Both the position numbers and the translations under genes were made by a program. From Scyliorhinus canicula (taxonomy: Eukaryota): a stretch of DNA of 64,000 nucleotides. Of the stretch, positions 24,993-38,099 are shown piece by piece. The stretch lies in the NCBI RefSeq assembly GCF_902713615.1, contig NC_052152.1, forward strand, positions 182,650,712-182,714,711. Reading direction: 5' to 3'. A model generated the notes under the pieces. That model saw nothing but the letters and a program-made list of their open reading frames with translations, was not told the DNA's origin and did no database searches. The stretch's first letter is position 1; the number at the start of each line of letters is the position of its first letter.

Positions 24993-26299
24993 TTGCATAC
25001 TTTATGCTCCTCCTCGTTCCTCCAACCAGGGGCCTAAATGTTTCTGGTCACTGCATATTATAGGTGGGAATCAACACATGAATTCCAACATCCAGCATGC
25101 AGCACCTGGAAACTTTTTAATTAGCAGCAATACACAGGAGGCAACTAATACTGGAAAGAAGAGGGTGTGTGGAGGAGGAAACGAGAGACAATGTACAAGA
25201 AATTATAAGCAAGAAGAATCCCAAGTTAGGAGCAGAAAAATAAGAAAGCTGGGTAATCGTTTGTAATAAAAGGAGGACAAGCGATAGAATAAGAGTGATA
25301 ATGGGATGGAGGGAAGAATATCATCGTGTCCCCGTTCATCATTAGTTTTCCCTCAATTACAGGATTTACAGAAGCTGTTCAATAGATATTGCTGGGATAA
25401 CCCCAGGTCTTCTGTTGAGAAAAGGAAATGCTGATGCATGCCAAATCAATGCATGCCAGTTTTAAAAGCCAGAAATCAGATAAATGGATGGTATTTTGCC
25501 TGCTGGCTTCTTTGCGGTCAGGATTCCCACTAAAAAGTAGTTTCATGTGCGATGCATTGTCCAGATTACTGAGCTGTGAAAATTCTGTTCAAATAGCGCA
25601 AACCACCTGGGAGCATTTGGGAAACCGGTCCGCAATCAACACAGTGGGAAGTGAGAAAGAAGGGAAAAATGTTGCCTCCTCTATAGCTACAAAAAGTGTA
25701 ATGATATGATACAAACACGTTCATGACACATTGTTTAAAGCTCAGAACTGTGAGCTGAGGAGTCTGTTTGTGTGTAATTATTGATGTTTATCCATTTCTA
25801 AACAGAGTTAATCTTTCCTTTAATTATATTGTTCATCAAATAATTGGATTCATGCTCCAAAGTTCCATCTATCGTTTTTTTTTAAAGATCTTGATGTAGG
25901 TTTTCTGATGGGCAGTTGGAAGCTTTTGGAGCTCTGTCCAGATGGCTTTGCATCCATTGGAATTACCACTGCTACACATGCCGAAGTTTCCAGGGGCAGG
26001 CCTAATTATAGGTATGTAATGACCTCCCAGTGTCTGATGTACTAGCCTTTGGGAGTTTATCATTTTGGATGCGATACCTGGCACTGATGGCGAGCTTTAT
26101 AGGCCTGCTGGAACAGTTTGAAAGGAAGCAGTGCTTTTGATCGTGAACACATTGCCAGAATGGAGCAGTGGAGATAACATATTCTCCAATTTCTGGATGT
26201 TTGTTACATTTGTGAGTCCTATTATTCCTTTCCCAATATCCCGAGACCACCTCAGGATAACAAAATCAACTGTTCCTTTGATTGTACGTAGCAGAAGAT

Positions 26300-26990
26300 A
26301 TCATGCGCGATTTAACTAAATGGGAACAAAATCCCCCAGCGAGCCCGTTGAGCTGCATATTTCCTGGTGCTTGCAATGTGGAGAAACACAAGCACTATTT
26401 CATTGCACATGGGTTAGATAGGGGGCCTCAGCAAGGAACGTTTGGCTGAGGCAGCACACAGCCCCGCTTTCTGCACCGAGGAGCTCCATTCGCCGTAATT
26501 CCTCAGTGCAGCATAAGATTGGGTTGCCATTTTTAAATGGCTTTCCAATCTCTGGAGCCCTGTGCGCAATCCCTGACCCCCCTCCCGCAAAAGCCCCAAC
26601 TCACTATGAGGGAGTCCCCGGAACCCCCCCTCCCTCCACAGCCCCCAACACCCACGCAAGGCACCCCCGCCCTGATCACTGCCGCATGAAAAATGCCAGC
26701 TTGGCACTTGGCAGTGCCAACCTGCTACTCTGGCAGTGCCACCTGGGCACCTTGGCAGTGCCAGAGTGCCCAGATGGCACCAGCAATGCCAGGGTACTAC
26801 CTGGTCCCCTGCAAGACCCTCCCATCTGGCCCTCATTTGTGGAGACCAATACTGAACGGCACTCGCCCAAGATCTCCAAAATGAAGGAATAGATCTCAAC
26901 GCTTGCCTTGGGTGCCTCGGGAAACTGCATATTACCGTGAGACAAGCTGTATCACTCCAATGTGCAGATTTTCCGAAAGGTGATTCCACC
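26300..26990. mobile_element. degenerate Harbinger-type non-autonomous element
   Basis: GC-rich block with TGGCAC/GTGCCA palindromic repeats and eroded ends. No clean TSD. Confidence 0.35.
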
Positions 26991-27679
26991 TAGGATAACA
27001 GCTCTCTTTCATCAACGTGTAATTCAGACTTCATTTTCAGTTTAAAAGACAATCAAGTCTGTAACTATATCAATACAATTCTCTTAACTAGATACTTGAA
27101 AGGAAGTAAGGAAAAGACTATTATTCTGTATAATATATTTATTTATGTATAATGGCCCAGATTGTGCAACAATGATGAGGCAAAACTTTTGACAGCACTC
27201 ACTGTCATTACTCAATCAAATTGACAGCAATTTCTGGAGTCCACACATGTGCAGGATAATTTAGAAACTGCTGTCAATGGAAAGTCACAATTTACCAAAA
27301 TGATAAAATATTCAAAATATTTGAAGCTTTTTTTTTCAACTTGAGCATTTATCTATATTATAGCCGCTGAAATTTAAATTAACTTGAATGATTTTAAAGT
27401 GCTTTCCACTTATTGGTTTGTGCTAATACTTCAATATGATTGGTTGTGCATCTACTTGCCGACACTACTGCTACAAACCAAAACATCTCCTTGACTTGGT
27501 GCCTGATTTAAAATGCGTCGGGAAAGAGGCAGGGAGGGAGGGGGGTGGGAGGAAATATCACACCCGTTGCTAGATCTTTGTGGTAGCTTTCTTCAAGGTC
27601 AGTGGCAAGCAACTGCCAAATCCAGCTAATATTACTTTTTTTGGACTTTCTTACCATTGTGGGAGTGGATTTGGGTTTA

Positions 27680-28022
27680 CATAGAATTTACAGTGCAGAA
27701 GGAGGCCATTCGGCCCATCGAGTCTGCACCGGCTCCCGGAAAAAGCAACCTACCCAAGGTTAACACCTCCACCCTATCCCCATAACCCAGCAACCCCACC
27801 CAACACTAAGGGCAATTTTGGACACTAAGGGGAATTTATCATGGCCAATCCACCTAACCTGCACATCTTTGGACTGTGGGAGGAAACCGGAGCACCCGGA
27901 GGAAACCCACGCACACACGGGGAGGATGTGCAGACTCCGCACAGACAGTGACCCAAGCCGGAATCGAACCTGTGACTCTGGAGCTGTGAAGCGATTGTGC
28001 TATCCACAATGCTACCATGCTC
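27680..28022 (-). mobile_element. HE1-type V-SINE, type A
   Basis: Well-preserved CAGTGCAGAAGGAGGCCATTCGGCCCATCGAGTCTGCACC tail and V core. Confidence 0.9.
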
Positions 28023-29474
28023 ATACTCTTGAACATTCTGCATCAATTCAAAAAGGTTCAAACAGCTGCAGCTTCTAAAACAATTAATAGTAATTTCTGA
28101 ACTTCAATGGCTGTCAACTACGTTCAAAATTAACATTAAAGTTAACAAATTATTCAAACTCCATTTGTTCCAGCATAGCTCCTCCTACAAAATTTGTGGC
28201 CAATCGAACAAAAACCATTTGTAACGCCGCAAGAGTGACACAGATTTTTCATTCGTTGGGTTTTAAGAATGTTGGACAAGGTTGTCTTCTCATGAACTTA
28301 CCATACTCCAGTTTCTACATTTATTAAATTGAACAGTGATAGATTGCAACCGGGTGATTATAAAGGCGAGAAAACTCTGGTTCTTTCACGAGGGGTGAAT
28401 TTTATGTGGGAATGGATTACTCGCAGCACCCCAGTCAAAAAGTAATTCTACACCTAAACAACATGCTGGGTCAGGCCTTACTTTTAAGGGACTGGGCAGG
28501 GGCGAGAGGCACAAACGGCAGAAGGGTACCTTCTTGGGAGGGGTGCCTCCAATGGCACCCGCACTGTCAAAATTGCCGGGCTCCTTGCCAATCTAAACCA
28601 TCCACAGTCAGACGAGAAATTGTAGCAGAGAATTGAAACTCTTTAGTGGTCAATTAACTGGCACTTATGAGCCTCAATAGCCCAAGGGCGGATGGACAGC
28701 CTGATACCTTACCCGCTCCCCATGCAACATGGAGGACAGAGTGGGAGTGGTTGGGAAGCTTTATGTGATCGTTAAATGCTGGTGGTGACTGGATTTAAAA
28801 CCAACAGCAACTGGATCCGTAGCAAAACAAGAAAACACTTTGGGAACAATTTTAACCATTGCACAGGATGTCCATTTTACTCAAAGGTTCAATTTTATGC
28901 TCCACTGAAGTTAAAATTTGGATGGGGAATAAAACAGGCAGCTGGTCCAGGTCGACTCCATTTGGATGGCCAAGGGCAAAATTCTGGCTTTAATTTCTCA
29001 TTTAGAACTGCCAGATAAGCAGCTGAAAATGGCAGCCTGTTTAAAATTCCTGAGGACTCTGCCTAGGAATAGGAGAAGGTGGTGTTCCAAGTGAATGCTG
29101 GATCTACCCAACCAGAGGACCTTACCACAAATGTGTAAGAAGTTTATGCCAAATCAGGCAATGTGGAAACTGTACTGGGGACATTTTTAAGAATAAAAAT
29201 AAAATACATGCCGAAAGACAAAGACAGAAAGAATTGGAAGATGATAACTAGACAAAAAGGAAACACTTTTGTTTTCAATTGTATTTGATCAATACCTCAG
29301 ACTTATTTTGTCACAATTCCCCCCAGAGTCTTTTATTTGAAATTGCACAAATATCAGGAAAAAAGGGTAACAATCTGGGAGAATTTTATAGAGGAAACAC
29401 CCCTTTATAGAAGCGTCCAAGTATTGTTTGGCACAGTGAGTTATGAGATTTTGACTTCTAGAATCTATTAGAGA

Positions 29475-29730
29475 GGCACGGTGGTAAAGTGTTGCCTCAC
29501 AGCACCAGGGACGGGTTCAATTCCGGCCTCGGGTCCTTGTGTGTGTGGATTTTGCACTTTATCCCCCTGTCTGCATGGATTTCCTCCCATATTCCAAAGA
29601 GGTGAAGGTTAGTTGTATTGGATAAAGTGCCAAAGGTTAGCAGGGGCTACGGGGAGAGGTGGGGGTGTAGGTCCATGCAAACATGATGGGCCAAATGGCC
29701 CCCTTCTGCACTGTAGGTGTTCTATAGGAA
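29475..29730 (+). mobile_element. HE1-type V-SINE, degenerate
   Basis: GGCACGGTGG..GGTTCAATTCC..GATGGGCCAAATGGCC..TTCTGCACTGTAG. Confidence 0.8.
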
Positions 29731-29849
29731 TCAAGTACAATGCAGGCTATTGGGATGAAAATATTCTTGGTCTGCTGAAAGAGGAGATTAATATGGGGCA
29801 AGGAACATTGATAAAAATCAAACACTGATTAGCGCAAATGCCGACTGTG

Positions 29850-30620
29850 AGAAATGGGAAAATGATAAACTCTGCAGAAACATTCGTGCCACACAAGCAC
29901 CAAGCCATGACCATCTCCAAAAGAGAGAATCCATCTATCTCCCCCTGAGGTTCAATGACATTACCATCGCTGAATCCCCCGTTAGCAACATTCTGGAGTT
30001 ACCAGTGAGCAGATATTGAACTGGACGAGCCATATGAATACCGTGGCTACAAAACAGATCCGAGGCTGGGAATTCTACATAGAGTAACTCACTACCTGAT
30101 TCCTCAAAATCTGTCCACTCCCTGCAGGGCACACGTCAGGAATGTGAAAGAATACTCTCCACTTGCCAGGATGAGTGCAGTTCCAAAATACTCAAGAAGC
30201 TCAATACCATCTAGGACAAAGCAGCCCACTTGGTTGGCACCCCACCTACCACCTTCAATACCCATTTCCTCCACCACTGATGCATAGTGGCAGCAGTTTA
30301 TACCAGCTACAAAAAAGCCCTTCAACAGCACCTTCCAAACCCATGAATTCTACCACCTAGAAAGACAAGCATATACACAGGAACACCACCACCTGCATGT
30401 TTCTCTCCAAGACACACACATCCTGACTTGAGCTATATTGTGTTCCTTCACTGTCACTGGGGCAAAATCCTGGAAGTTCTACGATGGGTGTACCTACACC
30501 ATATGGACTGTACTGGTTCAAAAAGACAGTTCACTACCACCTTCTCAAGGGCAGTTAGGTTGGGAAATAAAAACGGTAACCTATCCAATGCGCATATCCT
30601 TTGAAAAGAATTTAAAATAA
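29850..30620 (+). mobile_element. CR1-group LINE 3' end (RT thumb plus 3' UTR)
   Basis: TFVPHKHQAMTIS..TIAESP..NILGVT..LNWTSH.NTVAT..RNVKEYSPLA.MSA..TLKKLNTI*DKAAHLVG, followed by 3' UTR CACCACCTTCTCAAGGGCA.TTAGG..AATAAA. Confidence 0.75.
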
Positions 30621-31931
30621 CAGGAACTCCGGCATCTTGTTTTTCAGGAGAGCATGCAAGCATCAACAGAACATTTCAGTGAGAATTATTTGCATGCAGT
30701 GATAGAGGTTGATCGAGTTGAACACATATTTTCCAGCACTAAAGCAAAAAATAAAGTTATGGAAATTAGGACCTTGGTTGGTATAGAAAGGGTGCAATGT
30801 GGGCTAATTTCAGGGACCAACATCCTGCATTTGAAGGATGTTCAAAATACAATCTGTTAAAATATTAGATCACGCCAATTTTTAGGCAGCTGGGGGATCA
30901 CGTAAACAAGTGTTCGGGTCCTTCTAGGTGTTCCCGAGCGAGCTAATGTTTGCTTTAAAACTCCACTGAACGACTGTCACCAAAAACCTATTGACTTAAA
31001 AACTTGATGTGAAGCCAGGAGGAAGAGGAGTGTTTGCCCGGGCTCTGCAGCACTCATGTTTGACACTGTCAGCCCATCATTGTTTCTCTTCTCAATGTCC
31101 TACTCCCACCCAGCACCATCTCTCATCTGGCACTTTTATGAGGCCATTGACACACAAGAGAGATTCATGGTTTGTTTGAAATTCAACCATGGAAGCTTGA
31201 GGTCCAATTTGTATAAATATGAATCACAAAAAGTTAATATGCAGGTCCACCAAGTGATTAGCAAGGCAAATGGAATGTTGGCATTTATTGCATGGGGAAT
31301 GAAATATAAAAGTAGGGATATTTTACTGCAGCTGTACAGCTTTTGGCGAGATCCCATCTGGAATACTGTGCACAGTTTTGGTCTTATTTGTAAAAAATAT
31401 ATAAATGTGTTGGAAGCAGTTCAGAGAAGGTTCACCCGACCTATTCCTGGAAAAAGGATTTACCTTACGAGGAAAGCTTTAACGGATTGGGCCAATGTCC
31501 AATAGGAAGTGATCTTATTGAAACATGCAAAATCCTGGGAACATAGCTAGGGTGACTAGACCCAGCAGACAGTGGCGGACTGGGTCTAAAAATATTGGTT
31601 GCCAGGATACAAAGGGGGCCCACCCACAACTACAATGCTATCATTTAATTTTCATAACGAATAAATAAAATTTTCAAAAAATACATATGGAAAAAAGGGT
31701 ACAATTACATTTTTTGTGGAAAAAATGTGTATTTCTTAGTAATTACAGGGCACATGTACTGTACGTATTACTGGCAGTAGATACCAAATGTAAATACAGA
31801 ATGTTATAATTGAATTATTTTTAATTTTTTTTTAATTTTAAGTTATTGGTTGATATTTTTAAATAGTTTACTGCACAATTTACACATTAACAGATAGTTC
31901 AAAAGCACAATAGAGCATTGCATGCAGTCCA

Positions 31932-34770
31932 CTATATTAATAGCAATCGTTTGTGTTCGCTAGATGATTGTGCGAATTTGCCAATAATTGCTTCTGCATC
32001 CAATTCATCTAACAATTCCTTTTCAATGGATAGCAACATGTATGATTCCAAATTCTCCTCAGACAGCGAATTTCTTAACCTTGTCTTTATGATCTTTAGC
32101 TTTGAAAATCTCCTCTCACATTGGACTTGAGTAACTGATAGTGTGCAGATGACTTTATAAAGTTCATAAAAGTTATCGTATGCCTTGTCATGAAGTCTGT
32201 TGGATGCCAGAATTTTTAGTACACACGATGGGCAAGTGCTGCAAATTTTACAATTGTTGCAACTGGAATCCATATTCTCACCATCATTAAGCAATAGCTT
32301 TAATATATCAAAGTTTGAAGCAAAAGAAAACAATTCCAATATTACTTGATCTTTGCTGATTTGTGGAAACAGCTTAATAATACTTTCCAATGCTTCATCT
32401 TCAAGGCCCTTCTCTGCAATAGTTTTAAACTTTGCTGGGTCCAAGCAGGACAAATCTTTATACAACTGTTTGTGTTGTACAAAGCGTGATTCTAGTGACT
32501 GGACAATGCGATCCATTATTAGGTTAAACACATTTACTCGAAAATCAGCTAGAGAATCTGAGGAATTTCTTTCATCGTCAATAAGCTCATCTGCCATTCT
32601 TTTCTTCTTCCTCTGCCTCTTAACTGGCAATGCTGTTTCCAACGCATCAATTTCCAATGTTTGATTTCATCCATATTCATCTGTGAAATCCTGTCATTAC
32701 ATTTATTTACAAATTCCAAAGCCTTGCTGTGAACGTTATCAAATGTTCTTGTCTGTTCCTTCAACTTTGTTGTAGCTGAATCTACCAAACTCCATGCAGT
32801 AAACATATCTAAACCATTTGTCTGTAGATAACTTGATAACGGGGTTGTAGTTTCAAATATATACAAGTAAGTAAATGCTGTCAATATGGTTTCAAACTTT
32901 AGAAGACTTTGAAGTAAAACATTTGCTTCATGTTTTGTTTTTGCATCAAACTTTTCTGAATCTTGTATCATTGATAAGCATGTCAATAGATTTACGAAAG
33001 TACTGGCAGCGGCATCATCAAAACGTCCAAATATAGTTGTTGCTGCATTGGATTTTCCTGACCATCTGGTCTCACCAATTAGCTTTAATTGTTTCATTTT
33101 TTCTTGTCCTAGATGTTTTCCAACAACTTCTATCCATACAGCCATTATCTTGTATGATGCTTTCACAAAAGTTGCTATATTCTGGAGCAAATTGAAAAAA
33201 GAAACTTGCAGGCACACAACATTTTGTTGTTTCAGTTATCACCAAATTCAAGACATGGGCATAGCACCATATATGAACATGTTGATCAGCCACATCAGTA
33301 ATTTTACTTTGTAAACCATTATACTGGCCATGGTAGCTTGCAGCGCCATCTGTGCTATCAGATAAACATTTTTGGGGGTCAATTTTAAGATGCTGTAATG
33401 TTTCAATCAATAGATCAAAAAGTCCCTGTCCTGTACCATCATTACTTGGCACAACTGAAAGTAGTCGCTCACAGGTAATACCTTTAAGCACATACCGAAT
33501 AATAATGCTAAACTGATCGATGGATGAATTATCTTGTGTTGAATCAACCTGAATAGAATAATATTTTGCTTGAGAAACTTCATGACTAATTCTTTCTTGT
33601 ATCATATTCTTCATAATTTTGATTAACATGTTTATAGTTGTTTTACTCAGGTATGTAACAAGTCCACCACGGCCTTTACTTTGAGCCTTTCCTTGTTGCT
33701 CTAATCGTTTGATTCTTTGTTTAGACTTGTTTTGCACTGCAGAAACGTGAGCTGCCATAATGGGGTCATATTTTGCCATCAACTGCACTGTAGCTAAAAA
33801 ATTGCCGTGATTCAGAACCTCATTATCTAGAGTGTAGGCCGATTCATTTCTGTGACCTCGAAAAGGAAGTGCTTGCTTGCCTAACATCTTTATGATGTCT
33901 ATAATCCTCATGACAATACTTCTCTGCTTCAATACTTCTTCTTTCCTTTTAATTAGTGATGCTGCAAAAAATGTATCTAAGGTGCCATCATTAACCACAC
34001 TGATATATTGCTGAGCATTTCTGACATGTGTTGTTGTCGATTCATGTAAAGTCAAGCTCTGGCTAATATGCCTGTAGTCACTAAAGCCACGTACAAAGGG
34101 TGATGGATAACAAGTGTTGGGAAACTCAAAGGCTAAGCAGTATGAACAATATAAGCATCTATTTTCTTTGTTATATATTAGCCATTTTCTTGAGACTGAG
34201 TCATTCATAATTTTCCTCTCATACAAACGAGCATCAAATGGCAGATCATCAAGTGGCTGAAGTGGATGTTCAGCAAAAAACTGTTTTAGCTTTGCTCGTG
34301 ATGGATATTGGAAGATTCCAGTAATTGATCTTTCATTTTCTTGAGTAGGTTCATTTACAGGATGTGCTTCAGAAACCCAAGTCATTTATGCTTGAAGGAA
34401 TATCTGATTCCCTGTCACTAGTTGAAGCTATGTGTTCAGATGTTGCAACTACAGGCAGTATAGATACCGGAACAAGGAAGCCAGAAGAAATATTGGGCAT
34501 GGGTTGATTAGTAATGGATGCACTTGTATTTGTCTCTACATTCAAAGTAGCTCTTCTCTGTTCTTGTAACTCGCATGCCATTGCATCATCACCATGAGCA
34601 TTGTTTCTTGCTTCTTGATTATTTGTTGCAGAACTGGATATTGATGTGGATTGTGCTTGTGGTATTATGAACTTTGTAATAGGCCTGCATCGCTTGGCTG
34701 ATTCCTTCCTTTCTGTTTCTTTTTGTTCTTTGCGTTTTAGTGACCCAGATTTATGCTTTTTCTTTTCCAT
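31932..34770 (-). pseudogene. hAT transposase (~945 aa when three 1-nt frameshifts are corrected)
   Basis: Four overlapping ORFs (34369-34770, 33072-34385, 32549-33217, 31932-32657). TTF-type Zn finger (WLIY..YCSYC..H....H), DUF4371-like (LPFRGH..GNF..YLS), DDE motifs VDSTQD / STDGA / CERRFSKLK, C..H motif (WCYAHVLNL), ETRW, C-terminal dimerisation domain. Confidence 0.93.
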
Positions 34771-34789
34771 GCTGGTAGGGGTAATATTC

Positions 34790-34915
34790 CTGAAATAAAA
34801 ACTTAATTAAAAATAGCCCACATTGGGAAAAATGAATATTGATGATTGCAAGAATAACTTGAAGGAACGCCAGATAAACCCCTACTTGATAAAAAATATA
34901 AAATAACTTACTTAC
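34790..34915 (-). other. candidate 5'-UTR intron of the hAT transposase
   Basis: Minus-strand donor GTAAGT at ~34915 and acceptor TTTTATTTCAG ending at 34790, 19 nt upstream of the ATG. Confidence 0.45.
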
Positions 34916-35227
34916 ACTTCAATAGGCTATATTCATTAGGCAATACTACTGTGGCCTATGTAGCTTCAGAAGAGGAGACAATCCACTGTCCAGTGTTCAC
35001 ACCAGCAAGCAACTGAGACAACTGTTGAAACTTAGAAGTTTGGTCCGACTATAGTAAGACATTAAGAATGGTCCTACGACCAAAGTTAACATGTCCAGTT
35101 TGATACCAGTGTAGTGTTACAAGTCGCAACCCTTTGAGTTTACCGATCATGGCTTATCACTTCAATCACTTCATGATTCACGGTCAAAGGTACCGCTTCT
35201 CCTTTTCGGTGACCTCACAACCCTATG

Positions 35228-35897
35228 TACTGCTTGATATCCTTTCAAGTTGCCGACCATCTCAAATCACGAACTGTAACTTTATCTTTAAATTCACACA
35301 CTCTTGCTGAAAATGTGGATTTCCAACTATGTCCGACCCGGCTGAACCAGCCCCCCCCCCTCCCTCTCCACTCCTTTTCACATCCGTTTAACACTGCTTC
35401 GTTCCTTCATACACTGAGTGATTATTTGTTTGTTTCTTTATTGCATTTTTATTTGGTATTACTCTTTTTAAAAACAATTATATTTTATTAAGTTAGAGTA
35501 CAAATCTCAGGAAAGAAATTGAAGATTTATTTATCTAATTAATTATAATTTTTAAGGGCCCTTCAGAGATTCACGGGCCCCTTCTTGGCTCTCCGGGCCC
35601 TGGACCGATGTACCAGCTGAACCAAGACTACTGCTTGATATCCTTTGAAGTTGCCGACCATCTCAAATCACAAATTGTAACTTTATCTTTAAATTCACAC
35701 ACTTTTGCTGAAAACATGGAATTTCCTTAATTATGCCCGACCCGGGCCCCCCTATTCCACATCCTTCCACTACCTCCCCTGCTTCGTTCCTTTTCATGCA
35801 CTGCTTATTTGTGTCCTGTTCTCTTTTTTTTCTTATTCCTCTTTATTACTAAAACAGTTGTCTGTGTTTGTTTCTTTATTGCATTTTTATTTGATAT
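35228..35897. repeat. internal ~240-270-bp direct duplication in the hAT 5' non-coding arm
   Basis: TACTGCTTGATATCCTTT.AAGTTGCCGACCATCTCAAATCAC..TTTATCTTTAAATTCACACACT occurs at ~35228 and ~35629, and both copies end TTTGTTTCTTTATTGCATTTT. Confidence 0.8.
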
Positions 35898-36621
35898 AGG
35901 GGGCCCACTTCATCAGGGGCCCACTTGCCATCGGGCAAGCTGACACCCTGGCCAGTCCGCCACTGCCAGCAGACATAGTTTAAGAATAAAAGGTCTACCA
36001 TTTAAGATGGTGATGAGGAGAATTTGTTTCTCTCAAAAGGTCATTAATTTGTTAAATTCTCCTGCGCAGAAAACAGTGGAGGCTGGGTCATTTAATTTAT
36101 TTGAGGCAAAGTTAGATTTTTGACAGACTAGAAAGTCAAAGGTTATGGGGGCAGATATTAAAGCAGAGTTGAGACCACAACCTGATCAGTCATAAACTTA
36201 CTGAATGGCGGAGCAGGCTCGAAGGGCTCAATGGCGTACTCCTGTTCTGAAGCCCTATGTTCTGATTTCAAAATGGCATCAGGTTTCCTGAATGGGACAA
36301 TTTGCCTTTTTGCAGTTGAAACCACATTAGGGCTAACTCCCTTATTGGGTGGTTAAATTGGGTAGCTCAAATTTGGAGATTTCTGGATTACCAGAGAGAA
36401 GGTTGAGGGGGTTGATGGCCAAGATATTACTTTGTTTCTTCACTGGTCACTCGGGAACATTCGGCTGGAAATGATGGTAGCTATTGAATATTTTGGCTCA
36501 ACCGAGTGCATTCAAAGTGGCAGTAATAATGGTACTGCACATTACATTTTCTGTCCTGACCATCACAGTAACACTGGATGCAAAAGGCCTCAGTGACTGA
36601 CATTCAATTTTGGTATGGTAG

Positions 36622-36937
36622 GCATACAATCCCTACAGTATGGAAAGAGGCCATTCGGTCCATCCAATCTGCATAGATTGCCCGACCTAGGCCTACTCCC
36701 TGCCTTATCGCTGTAACCGCACCTCACCTTTTGGACACGAATGAGCAACTTAGCATGGCCAATTCACCTAACCTGCACATCTTTTGGACTGTGGGTGGAA
36801 ACCGGAGCACCTGCAGGAGATTCACGCAGACACGGAGAGAACGTGCAAATTCCACACAGACAGAGACCAAAGGTTGGAATTGAACCCGGGTCCCTGGCAC
36901 GGTGAGGTGGCAGTGATAACCACTGTGCCACCGCGCC
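36622..36937 (-). mobile_element. HE1-type V-SINE, type A
   Basis: Tail, V core and tRNA head in reverse orientation. Confidence 0.85.
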
Positions 36938-37809
36938 ACACATGGACATTGAAATTGTAACAGGTACCCTCTGAGTGTTGTCAGTCACAGGACACGCAAA
37001 TGCACTCCCAGACCCAATTAAATGTTTACATTTCAGAAAAGATGTACTTCTCATCGCTTTGCCAAGTACCAATGACACTCGATACTGAAAACCAGAGAGC
37101 TACAGCTGCCATTTCCCCCCCCCCCCACCCAATCAAGGAAGGTTCTCTGTCACAGGTGGGAATCCCGCTGCGTGCCTGCCAGGATTATTTTCAATGAGGC
37201 TGAAAATTCATCAGGGTCAGTGGCAGCCAATCTGACTTTGCACAAAGCCCACCCCGCTGACTTCACATCAAGATTCTGGCAAAACCAAAAATCCAGCTGC
37301 TATACTGCGTAATCAGTTTTAGCTGCTGTGTTGTTTGCCTTGCTTGGCTTACTTGAGCTTTGAAATTAGGCATAATCCAAACGTAACAATAAAAAGGACT
37401 CTAAATCCAAACATATGAAATATCTATGTACTGGCAGTCTTCGGTGCATCAGGGATCTATTATTAATAACGTGAACTTTTTCCGAGAACAGAATACATTT
37501 GCACCTATTAGTTTCTGAAACCTTATCTAAGAATGCAGATGCATGAAGCATATCTTTGTATTTAAGTTGTGCTCAACATATTAAATGACATTCAGATAAT
37601 GCCCGACTTGTGCACCGCACTCTACTATAGCTCTGTGTAAAGACAGGATTATCATTGTAAGAATGAGGAAGGATTGTCAAAGATTTTCACACCGAAGTTC
37701 ATTGGAATATTAAATATTTCAAGACAACTGAGCTTTGAGATAGATGCATAATTTGAAAGGCAATTGGATCTTCTAAAACATGAAATGATGAAAGGCATCA
37801 AAAGCTTTA

Positions 37810-37992
37810 GGGGCTGGTTTAGCACAGGCCTAAATCGCTGGCTTTGAAAACAGACCAAGGCAGGCCAGCAGCAAGGTTCAATTCCCGTACCAGCCTCCCT
37901 GAGCAGGCGCCGGAAAGTGGTGACTTCGGGCTTTTCACAGTAATTTCATTTGAAGCTGACTTGTGACAGTAAGTGATTTTCGTTTTCATTTC
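37810..37992 (+). mobile_element. short tRNA-SINE, type D
   Basis: GGGGCTGGTTTAGCACAG..GGTTCAATTCCCGTACCAGCC..ACTTGTGACAGTAAG..TTTCA tail. Confidence 0.85.
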
Positions 37993-38099
37993 AGAAACAG
38001 CCAAAGAAATAAACCTGCAACTAACCTGTAAACATTGATGCCCTTTTTAAATGGCACTGATGCACAGTCCTTCCAGCTGTTTTACATGTGTTCTTATCA

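Larger units (their letters stand above)
31570..35965 (-). mobile_element. full-length hAT DNA transposon (Tip100/ZMYM1-like), 4396 bp
   Basis: Perfect 14-bp TIRs CAGTGGCGGACTGG (31570-31583) / CCAGTCCGCCACTG (35952-35965). Perfect 8-bp TSD CCAGCAGA (31562-31569 and 35966-35973). Subterminal GGGCCC motifs at both ends. Confidence 0.96.
31200..36265 (+). mobile_element. CR1 LINE 3' fragment (31200-31569 plus 35974-36265), split by the hAT transposon
   Basis: VHQVISKANGMLAFI.WGMKYKSRDILLQLY..LEAVQRRFTR.IPG on the left. On the right it continues HSLRIKG.PFKMVMRR..FSQ.V, then the 3' tail GAATGGCGGAGCAGGCTCGAAGGGC..CCTG.TC. Confidence 0.85.

Noticed and set aside
25888-26011. Possible plus-strand exon (AG...GTATGT) reading DLDVGFLMGSWKLLELCPDG..
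   Set aside because: No neighbouring compatible exons or known protein match. Such splice-like pairs arise by chance.
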